From assembly GCA_041640075.1 (NCBI GenBank), contig JBEQAY010000016.1, positions 1 through 22,984 on the forward strand: a DNA stretch of 22,984 nt, read 5' to 3'. The DNA comes from Candidatus Nanohaloarchaea archaeon. GTDB taxonomy: Archaea; Nanohalarchaeota; Nanosalinia; Nanosalinales; Nanosalinaceae. The translations under genes and the position numbers were made by a program. The notes beneath the pieces are model-generated. The model was not told where the DNA came from. It made no database searches and worked only from the letters and a program-made list of their open reading frames with translations. Below, one piece after another: positions 1 to 7,507 of the stretch (the stretch's first letter is position 1; the number at the start of each line of letters is the position of its first letter).

Positions 1-94
1 GGTTGTCAAATACTTCGTGACCGGTTTTCCTCTCGTGCCTGGAGGCTCCTACAACCGCTATCTTCCGGGGATCAAACAGTTTTTCCAGAGTCAT
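1..94 (-). CDS. acdA: ADP-forming acetyl-CoA synthetase (acetate-CoA ligase), 5' fragment running off the window
   Basis: Manual translation from the ATG at 94 gives MTLEKLFDPRKIAVVGASRHERKTGHEVFDN, matching the LF.P.SIAVVGAS CoA-binding N-terminus of the ACD family. It is divergent from pdhA. Confidence 0.8.
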   Translation of the reverse strand, partial: MTLEKLFDPRKIAVVGASRHERKTGHEVFDN

Positions 95-148
95 GTACTG
101 GGTTTACTCAGGCCTGTTATTTAGGTTGTTGAGTTCACTCTAGAGTCG

Positions 149-166
149 CAAACGATTTTTTATATA
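149..166 (+). promoter_or_regulatory. BRE/TATA promoter of the pdh operon (leaderless pdhA)
   Basis: CAAACGATTTTTTATATA with the TATA ending ~25 nt before ATG 192. A near-identical CAAACGTTTTTATATA precedes the histone gene. Confidence 0.7.
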
Positions 167-191
167 CGAGGCGTCGCCTTTCTCTAGTATA

Positions 192-1250
192 ATGGTTCGA
201 AAAGATGTCTACTCAGGTTCTATCCAGAAAATTGAGGTAATGGGAACTGACGACGATGAAGACTTTCCCTGGGTGGAAGAGGAGGAGTACAGAGAGCTTT
301 ACAGGAAAATGTTGATCGCAAGAAAATTTGATGAAAAAGCCTTCAGTCTCCAGAGACGTGGAGAGATCTCCACGTACGCACCGCATAAAGGCCAGGAGGC
401 AGCCCAGATCGGAGCTATGTTCGCCCTGGGCGAGGACGACTGGATGGTGCCAAGCTTCAGGGAGACCGCAGCATTCATAGCCCGAGGAGCGCCTTTGGAC
501 CAGATATTCCTGAGATGGATGGGTGACGCCAACGGCCAGAAAAACCTGTCCGAAATGAACACTTTACCAGTTGCAATCCCGGTAGGAACCCAGAACCAGC
601 ACCTTGCAGGTATAGGGATGGCTATGGAGAAAAAAGATGATGATAAAGCAGTACTCGGATTTACAGGAGATGGAAGCACGTCTCAAGGAGACTTCCACGA
701 AGCCCTGAACTTTTCAGGAGTCTACAGCGCGCATTCAATCTTCTTCGTGCAGAATAACCAGTACGCGATCTCCATGCCACGTGAAAGGCAGACAAAGTCC
801 GAGACAATCGCACAAAAAGGACTTGCACACGGTGTCGACGGTATACAGGTCGACGGTAACGACATACTAGCCGTGATCAAGGCCGTCGAGGAGGCGCTGG
901 AAAAGGCGCGGAACGGCGAACCAGTGCTGATCGAGGCCGTAACCTACAGACTGGAGGATCACACAACCTCCGACGACTCCACACGGTACAGAGACGAGGA
1001 AGAAGTAGAGGAATGGAAGGAGAAAGATCCACTGAAGCGTTTCAGGGAATACCTGAAAGAACACGATATCTGGAACGAAGAACTAGAACAGTTTGATGAA
1101 GAAGCTGAGGAAAAAGTCGATGAAGCCGCTCAAAAGGCTATAGACGCTGATGACCCAGAGTTCGACGAACTATTTGACTACGTCTACGACGAGCTACCTG
1201 AACTGTTGCAGGATGAAAAAGAACAGCTCAGAGAAGAGGTGAACCAGTAA
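192..1250 (+). CDS. pdhA: 2-oxoacid (pyruvate) dehydrogenase E1 alpha subunit
   Basis: GQEAAQIG, TPP-binding GDG...NN motif (GDGSTSQGDFHE...VQNNQYAIS), YRLEDHTTSDD..YR loop. Confidence 0.93.
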   Translation: MVRKDVYSGSIQKIEVMGTDDDEDFPWVEEEEYRELYRKMLIARKFDEKAFSLQRRGEISTYAPHKGQEAAQIGAMFALGEDDWMVPSFRETAAFIARGAPLDQIFLRWMGDANGQKNLSEMNTLPVAIPVGTQNQHLAGIGMAMEKKDDDKAVLGFTGDGSTSQGDFHEALNFSGVYSAHSIFFVQNNQYAISMPRERQTKSETIAQKGLAHGVDGIQVDGNDILAVIKAVEEALEKARNGEPVLIEAVTYRLEDHTTSDDSTRYRDEEEVEEWKEKDPLKRFREYLKEHDIWNEELEQFDEEAEEKVDEAAQKAIDADDPEFDELFDYVYDELPELLQDEKEQLREEVNQ

Positions 1251-2224
1251 TGGCTCAGAAGGAAAAAATGAACATAGTTGAAGCTGTGAACGCGGCGCTT
1301 GAAGACGAGATGGAGGAAGATGAAGACGTCGTTGCATACGGAGAGGATGTAGGTGAGGATGGAGGAGTTTTCCGTGCCACCAAAGGTTTGCAGGACAAGT
1401 TCGGTGAGGATCGCTGTTTCTCAAGCCCTCTTGCTGAGTCAGGTATCGTGGGCACCGGGATCGGCATGAGCCTGTACGGTTTCAGGCCGGTGGTGGAGAT
1501 GCAGTTCTCAGGGTTCGGTTACCTTGCTTTCCATCAAATAAAGGAACATGCAGCACGTTTCCGGATCAGGAGCCGAGGAGACTACAACGTGCCGATGACC
1601 ATCAGGATGCCTTACGGAGGTGGTATAAACGCCCTCGAGCACCATCAGGAAAGTCCTGAAGCATTCTATTCTCACGCAGAAGGTCTTCACGTCGTGATCC
1701 CGAGCACACCGCAGGATACTTACTCTCTACTCAGGAAATCTATACAGCTCGACGATCCTGTGGTGTTCCTGGAGCCGAAGAAAACCTACAGAGCCTTCAA
1801 GGAAGAAGTTGACAGGGAAAAAGAAGTCGAGCTGGAGAACGCCCGTACAGTAAGAGATGGCTCAGACGTTACACTCATCGCTTGGGGAGCGATGATTCCT
1901 GTAGCAGAAGATGCTGCAGATGAGATAGATGCATCGGTTGAGATAATTGATCCGCGGACCATCTACCCTACAGACTTCGATGCTATAATTGAATCAGTGG
2001 AGAAGACAGGTAGAGCAATGGTTCTGCACGAGGCCGCGAAATCTGCAGGCTTTGGAGCAGAGATCGCGACAAGAATCCAGGAAAACGCTATTCTAAGCAT
2101 GGAGGCGCCTGTGGAACGTGTTACAGGCCCTGATGTGCCTTATCCGCTCTACACGCTGGAGGATTTCTACATGCCTAACAAGGAAAGGGCTGTAAACGGG
2201 CTTGAAAGAGTCCTCGATTTCTAG
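1250..2224 (+). CDS. pdhB: 2-oxoacid (pyruvate) dehydrogenase E1 beta subunit
   Basis: GEDVG..GGVFRAT.GL, PLAESGIVG, EMQFSGF, EHH.ESPE motifs. TAATG overlap with pdhA and a GAGGTG RBS. Confidence 0.93.
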   Translation: MAQKEKMNIVEAVNAALEDEMEEDEDVVAYGEDVGEDGGVFRATKGLQDKFGEDRCFSSPLAESGIVGTGIGMSLYGFRPVVEMQFSGFGYLAFHQIKEHAARFRIRSRGDYNVPMTIRMPYGGGINALEHHQESPEAFYSHAEGLHVVIPSTPQDTYSLLRKSIQLDDPVVFLEPKKTYRAFKEEVDREKEVELENARTVRDGSDVTLIAWGAMIPVAEDAADEIDASVEIIDPRTIYPTDFDAIIESVEKTGRAMVLHEAAKSAGFGAEIATRIQENAILSMEAPVERVTGPDVPYPLYTLEDFYMPNKERAVNGLERVLDF

Positions 2225-2255
2225 GTGATCAAAATGTATGAAACTAAATCAAGAA

Positions 2256-2315
2256 CCGGAGTGCATCCCTTAAGGATGTGCTACGCATGCTGAAACTTTG
2301 CGTGAAAGTTTCATG
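2256..2315 (+). promoter_or_regulatory. Two-hairpin leader element (copy 1) ending at the pdhC ATG
   Basis: Stem AGTGCATCC/GGATGTGCT (2260-2282), then TGAAACTTT/AAAGTTTCA (2291-2313). The same architecture precedes dnaJ. Confidence 0.6.
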
Positions 2316-3725
2316 AAGTTTGAATTCCCTGACACCGGCGAAGGAGTGACGGAAGGAAAGTTCCTGGACTGGAAAGTCGATGAAGGCGACGAGATAGAGG
2401 AAGATCAGGTTGTTGGGGAAGCAGAGACAGATAAAGCAGTTGTGGAAATTCCTGCGCCTGCTGATGGCCATGTGAAAAGTTTAAAGGCATCTCCTGGCGA
2501 TACAGTCGAAGTTGGAGATGTTATAATGGTGCTGGAAACAGAAGGTTCTGATGACGGAGAAACTGTAGAAGCAGACGAGAAAGAAGTGGAAGAACCACCT
2601 GAAGGACAGAAGGATAAACCAGATGGAGAAAAAGCAGCTAACAGTACTTCCGGTAGTAAAAATTCCTCAGAAAAAGTGCTTGCTCTTCCGAAAGTCCGGA
2701 AACTTGCCGAGAAGAAAAATGTAGATCTTTCTGCAATCAAGACCGGTGAGAGGATAACTGAGGAAGAAGTTCTCAGTGCTGCAGAATCTGGAGAAGGAGT
2801 TAAGGAAAAAGATTCAGAGGGCTCCAGAGATAGTTCTCAGCAGGAAGTTAAAGCAACTCCTTCCGTCCGTAAACTGGCAAGAGAGAAAGAAGTGGATATA
2901 GAAAGTATAGATGGCAGCGGCAGAGGTGGAAAAGTAACTAGGGAAGATGTAATAGATGCAACAAAGAGTAAGAAGAGTGGAGAAAGCTCTGGCGGAGATT
3001 CAAGAGAAGTAAGCCACTCTGTTGAATCCAGTAGAGAGACTGAAAGAGTGAAGATGTCGGGCATCAAAGAGAAAACTGCTGAACGTATGGCCGAATCCCG
3101 TTTCACAGCTCCCCATGTCACGCATGTGGAGAAAGCAGATGTTACAGAACTCAAAGAGCTGCGTGAAGAGGAGAAAGACGAAGTTGAACCGCATCTAACG
3201 TATCTTCCGTTCATCATGAAAGCTGTTACAGATGCTCTGAAAGACTATCCGGAACTGAACGCTGAGCTTGATACAGAAGAAGATGAGATAGTTCATAAAA
3301 AGTATTACGACTTTAACATCGCAGTTGATACCGAGCAAGGTTTGCTTGTACCACAGATAGAAGATGTGGACGATAAGAGCATAGTTGAACTTGCAGCAGA
3401 AATATCAAGAAAAGCTGAAAAGGCGAAAAGCGGAGATCTAACCGCAGATGAGATGGCAAACGGCACTTTCTCAATAACTAACCTTGGTGTAATCGGTGGA
3501 GAAGAATTCACCCCGATCATAAACTATCCACAGACTGCTATCCTAGGTATAGGTAAGATTTCAGAGACTGCTGAAGTTGTAGACGGTGAAGTAGTGCCTA
3601 GAACTACTGTAAAACTTTCTCTAAGCTACGATCACCGTGTTGTTGACGGTGCGACAGGTGCTAGATTCATGAATGAAGTCAAGGAAAACCTTGAAAATCC
3701 TGAAAAGATGCTTCTGGAGCTGTAG
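2313..3725 (+). CDS. pdhC: Dihydrolipoamide acetyltransferase E2 (one lipoyl domain, two PSBDs, catalytic domain)
   Basis: Lipoyl motif ETDKA, two subunit-binding repeats, catalytic DHRVVDG. ATG 2313 (MKFEFPDTGEG) is preferred to the TTG at 2298. Confidence 0.92.
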   Translation: MKFEFPDTGEGVTEGKFLDWKVDEGDEIEEDQVVGEAETDKAVVEIPAPADGHVKSLKASPGDTVEVGDVIMVLETEGSDDGETVEADEKEVEEPPEGQKDKPDGEKAANSTSGSKNSSEKVLALPKVRKLAEKKNVDLSAIKTGERITEEEVLSAAESGEGVKEKDSEGSRDSSQQEVKATPSVRKLAREKEVDIESIDGSGRGGKVTREDVIDATKSKKSGESSGGDSREVSHSVESSRETERVKMSGIKEKTAERMAESRFTAPHVTHVEKADVTELKELREEEKDEVEPHLTYLPFIMKAVTDALKDYPELNAELDTEEDEIVHKKYYDFNIAVDTEQGLLVPQIEDVDDKSIVELAAEISRKAEKAKSGDLTADEMANGTFSITNLGVIGGEEFTPIINYPQTAILGIGKISETAEVVDGEVVPRTTVKLSLSYDHRVVDGATGARFMNEVKENLENPEKMLLEL

Positions 3726-3729
3726 AAAA

Positions 3730-5139
3730 ATGGTTGTAGGAGATATTGAGACTGGTGCAGACCTTGTCGTCATAGGTGCAGGTCCTGGCGGTTACGCTGC
3801 TGCTATTAGAGGCGCTCAGGAAGATCTTGATGTGGTTTTAGTTGAAAAAGAGGATATAGGCGGTACCTGTCTGAACAGGGGTTGCATACCAGCTAAGGCA
3901 CTTATTCACGCATCAAAGTTCCATCATGACATCCAGCACTGGAACGATATCGGAATCAAAGCCGAGTGCGAGACGGTAGATTTCCAGGAAATTCAGGAGT
4001 GGAAGGATGAAACTATCGAAAAACTGACTTCTGGTGTAAAGCATATTCTTGAGCGGGAAGGTGTAGAGGTCATGCAGGGAACGGCCCGCTTTATCGATGA
4101 GGAAACTGTTAGAGTAGAAGAAGAGCACAACGCAGAGAACGTAAAATTTGAAAACGCAATAATCGCAACAGGAAGCCAACCTATTGAGATCCCTGGTATG
4201 GAGTTTGAAAAGGACAAAATTATCTCATCACGAGAACTACTGAACATAGATGAAGTTCCAGATGAGTTAGTGGTAGTTGGCGGCGGATACATCGGTATGG
4301 AGGCCGTCACGAAACTTGCAAAGTTTGGATGCACTGTTAAAGTTGTTGAAGCTGCCGACCGTGTCCTAGGTAATTTTCAGGAGGATATAGTAGGAGAACT
4401 AAAGGAGATGAACTCTGATTACGGCGATGAAATCTACACTTCTGCGATGGCTCAGGAAGTGAAGTATGAAGATGATAAAGCAGTCCTAGTAGCTGATCAG
4501 GATGGCGAAACACTTGAGCTTGAGGGCGACTATGTCCTGGTAGCGGCAGGGCGAACTGCAAAGCCTGCTCTGGAACAGGTCGGTCTTGAAAACCTTGATG
4601 TAGAAATCAACGACGATGGATTCCTTGATGTAGATAAGGAGATGCGTACAAGCCAGGAAAATATCTTCGCTGTTGGAGATGTCGCTGGACAGCCTATGCT
4701 TGCCCATAAAGCTTACAGGGAGGCGGAAGTCGCTGCGGAAGTTGCAGCCGGCAAGCCATCCGCCTTCGATAACCAGTACATACCGAAGGCTATGTACACA
4801 GATCCTGAAGTAGGGGTTGTGGGAATGAACCCTGGGGAAGCCCGTGAAGAGTTTGGCGAGGTTAAGATCGGAGAGTTCCCGATGCGTGCCTCTGGAAGAG
4901 CTTTGACCACAAACGATACTAGCGGTTTTGTCCGTGTTATAGCATCCGGAGACGGAAAAATTCAGGGAGTCCAGATGATGGGTCCTCGAGCGTCGGATAT
5001 GATAGCTGAGGCTACACTTGCTCTGGAGATGCAGGCCTACCTTGACGACGTGGCAAATACCATCCACGCACACCCTACATTCCCAGAAGCCTTTGCAGAG
5101 GCCTGTAAAGACGCTTTAGATAAGTCCGTACATATCTGA
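3730..5139 (+). CDS. lpdA: Dihydrolipoamide dehydrogenase E3
   Basis: GAGPGGY FAD motif, redox disulfide GGTCLNRGCIP, GGGYIG, C-terminal HAHPTFPE. Start at ATG 3730 (MVVGD), just after the pdhC stop. Confidence 0.94.
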   Translation: MVVGDIETGADLVVIGAGPGGYAAAIRGAQEDLDVVLVEKEDIGGTCLNRGCIPAKALIHASKFHHDIQHWNDIGIKAECETVDFQEIQEWKDETIEKLTSGVKHILEREGVEVMQGTARFIDEETVRVEEEHNAENVKFENAIIATGSQPIEIPGMEFEKDKIISSRELLNIDEVPDELVVVGGGYIGMEAVTKLAKFGCTVKVVEAADRVLGNFQEDIVGELKEMNSDYGDEIYTSAMAQEVKYEDDKAVLVADQDGETLELEGDYVLVAAGRTAKPALEQVGLENLDVEINDDGFLDVDKEMRTSQENIFAVGDVAGQPMLAHKAYREAEVAAEVAAGKPSAFDNQYIPKAMYTDPEVGVVGMNPGEAREEFGEVKIGEFPMRASGRALTTNDTSGFVRVIASGDGKIQGVQMMGPRASDMIAEATLALEMQAYLDDVANTIHAHPTFPEAFAEACKDALDKSVHI

Positions 5140-5201
5140 ATCTTTTGCCAGGTTTTCTAGAAAGGACTGAATTAAAAACCTGGAACCGTATTAACTGTTT
5201 T

Positions 5202-5981
5202 ATGCCAGAGTGCGGATTCTGCAGCCAGGAATTTGAAGGCGAAGAAGAGCTGAGAGAGCATATTGAATCCGAGCACAGAGATGAGGCAAAGGAAGAAATG
5301 AAGACGGGTGGCTGGAAGAAAAAACATCTGGCTGTAAAATACACTTTCACTCTGATAGTTATCCTGGCTGCAGGAGTTCTGATACCGCAGGTGCTCGATG
5401 AAGCAGCCGAGACAGATATGAATAACTCCGATGTAGATTTAGAAGGAAACCCTATGCTTGGAGGAGAGGATGCAAATACCACGATAGTTTTCTTCGGTGA
5501 CTACAAGTGCACAACTTGTGCAGAAGTTAATCAGCACCTAACAGGAGACATATACGACGAATTTATCGAGACCGGTCAAGCAAAGCTTTACTTCCTGAAC
5601 TACGATTACCTGAACACTGAAAACGGTGAATCAAGTACCAGGGCAGCTATAGCTGGAGAATGCATGTACAGACAGAGTGAAGAACAGTTCTGGAGCTTCC
5701 ATAACAATATTTACAGTGAACAAGGCAGTCAGGACGATGAATGGGCTACAACAGACTACCTTATAGAGCTCGCACAGCAGTCAACCGCTGGAATGAACTA
5801 CACCGAACTTGAGAGCTGTATAACTTCTGAAGAGACCCTAGAACATGTAAATCAGGACAAAAGAACAGGAATTGATATGAACGTCGGGTTCGTGCCTTCA
5901 GTATTCATAGATGGTGAAAAAATAGCTAACACCTCCATTGAAAACATAAGAAACCATCTAGAGGAAGCTGTTACACAGTAA
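5202..5981 (+). CDS. DsbA/thioredoxin-fold membrane protein with an N-terminal C2H2 zinc finger
   Basis: CGFC-x12-H-x4-H, one TM helix, then FGDYKCTTC active site and cis-Pro loop FVPS. TTAAAAA at 5172-5178 supports a leaderless ATG 5202. Confidence 0.8.
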   Translation: MPECGFCSQEFEGEEELREHIESEHRDEAKEEMKTGGWKKKHLAVKYTFTLIVILAAGVLIPQVLDEAAETDMNNSDVDLEGNPMLGGEDANTTIVFFGDYKCTTCAEVNQHLTGDIYDEFIETGQAKLYFLNYDYLNTENGESSTRAAIAGECMYRQSEEQFWSFHNNIYSEQGSQDDEWATTDYLIELAQQSTAGMNYTELESCITSEETLEHVNQDKRTGIDMNVGFVPSVFIDGEKIANTSIENIRNHLEEAVTQ

Positions 5982-6005
5982 AATTCAGTTATTTAATCGC
6001 TGTTT

Positions 6006-6191
6006 CTATGTGAGTTGATCTATCTTGTAGAGTCCTGCAGTAGTTATCAGTACGCCCAGAGATGCCCCAAGCAGTTCATACACCGGACCGTATAGAACTT
6101 TATCTTCTGAAACTAGAGTTGTACCTGCAGCTACTGTTAACACTGCTGCGACCTCAAGTGCCAGGAGTATCTTCACGTGTTTTTCCTTCAA
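6006..6191 (-). CDS. Small two-TM membrane protein
   Basis: Two hydrophobic segments; directly downstream of and co-oriented with the antiporter, with GGTGA overlapping its stop. Start codon uncertain. Confidence 0.6.
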   Translation of the reverse strand: MKEKHVKILLALEVAAVLTVAAGTTLVSEDKVLYGPVYELLGASLGVLITTAGLYKIDQLT

Positions 6192-6200
6192 TTATCTCAC

Positions 6201-7472
6201 CTATGCGAAGTCCTGCGGGAAGTACGTAAATCTTACGTATAGATATACGAAGTAAAGCAGGATAAGTACCAGTGCACCTGCTATCGAAAGTACCTGGTTT
6301 TCTGTAGCTTTCAGTCTTTCTGAAATCTTATCCAGGCCCAGTTTCTCAGCTGGTACGGCGAGCATGTTGCCTAAATGGTCTCTCTTGAACATGTAGAGAA
6401 CCGGTAGACCGGCAAGTAGTATCTCCATTGGAAGATCCCATAGTACAAGAGGTCGCGGGACAGCATAAGTCGACACAACTGCCCCTGACCCTATGGCAAG
6501 GAGAGGATTAGTTATGTTGCTTCCGACCAAGGTTCCCAAGGAGATACCTTCACTACCGTGTCTCAACCCAGAAATAGCTGTTATCATCTCAGGAAATGCC
6601 GAAACCACTCCAACTGTAGCTACTCCTATCATCGAACCTGAAAGCCCTGTTTCCTGAACAGCTAATTCTACAACCCTCAGGAAAATATCTGCAGAACCTA
6701 TAACAAGCAGCATAGCAACTACACCAACTCCGAGATCCAGTAAAGGTCTCGAAGATTTTGATATATCCCCTTGCTCTGCAAGTATATCCTCACGAGTAGT
6801 ATAAAGATAGTACATGTATGCGACAAAACCCGAAACAAGTATTAAACCATCTAAACGAGTTAAAGTACCTGAAACACTCAGAGCACCTCCTCGAATAAAG
6901 CTTAAGACTCCTTGCCAGTTCAAGGCAAGTACCAACGTTACAAGAGTCGTTCCCACCATCGGAGCGTAATCTCTAATAAGGAATTTTCTGGAAAACCTGA
7001 ATCCTTTCTTATTGGCCATCAAAGCAGAGGATATGATCACGAGCCCTATGACAAGTGTTTCTTGAACTACGTCACTGCCTATGCTGGCCCCCAGTACTGT
7101 TCCCGACTGCTGCAGGTAAACTCTTTGAGACTCAGCTACAGCTGTCTCTGCGATAACACCATTCTGCATAAGTGTTTCAAGCGCCTGAGAATGAGCACTC
7201 AGGAAGATCTCCATCAGATTCACGCCGAAAAGTTCGAGAGGAACACCTGAGCTAAGAAGGATTTTAGCTGATCCAACGAGATGTAAGGTAAGTTCAGGGA
7301 GAGAAGTACCTATAGAAACTATCGTCATGGCAATAACAACCTCTGAGACACCATAGTACTTGGCCACACCCTCCATCTTCTTCACAACTACTTCAGCGGC
7401 TGCGACCAGAAATAAGATTGATATAGCTCCTATCAAAAGATTTGGTAGAAATCCCGACACGCCCAGAGCCAT
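6201..7472 (-). CDS. Cation/Ca2+ exchanger (CaCA, YrbG/NCX_Mj-like)
   Basis: Alpha repeats SIGTSLPE and VVSAFPE...GSNITN; many TM helices. Confidence 0.88.
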   Translation of the reverse strand: MALGVSGFLPNLLIGAISILFLVAAAEVVVKKMEGVAKYYGVSEVVIAMTIVSIGTSLPELTLHLVGSAKILLSSGVPLELFGVNLMEIFLSAHSQALETLMQNGVIAETAVAESQRVYLQQSGTVLGASIGSDVVQETLVIGLVIISSALMANKKGFRFSRKFLIRDYAPMVGTTLVTLVLALNWQGVLSFIRGGALSVSGTLTRLDGLILVSGFVAYMYYLYTTREDILAEQGDISKSSRPLLDLGVGVVAMLLVIGSADIFLRVVELAVQETGLSGSMIGVATVGVVSAFPEMITAISGLRHGSEGISLGTLVGSNITNPLLAIGSGAVVSTYAVPRPLVLWDLPMEILLAGLPVLYMFKRDHLGNMLAVPAEKLGLDKISERLKATENQVLSIAGALVLILLYFVYLYVRFTYFPQDFA

Positions 7473-7507
7473 AAAACGTAAATTATCCTGAAGCCATTAA
7501 TTAATTC

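Noticed and set aside
5148..5183. Inverted repeat CCAGGTTTT/AAAACCTGG and the TTG start at 5145
   Set aside because: A single instance overlapping the lpdA end and the next TATA; at most a terminator or operator. ATG 5202 fits better as the start.
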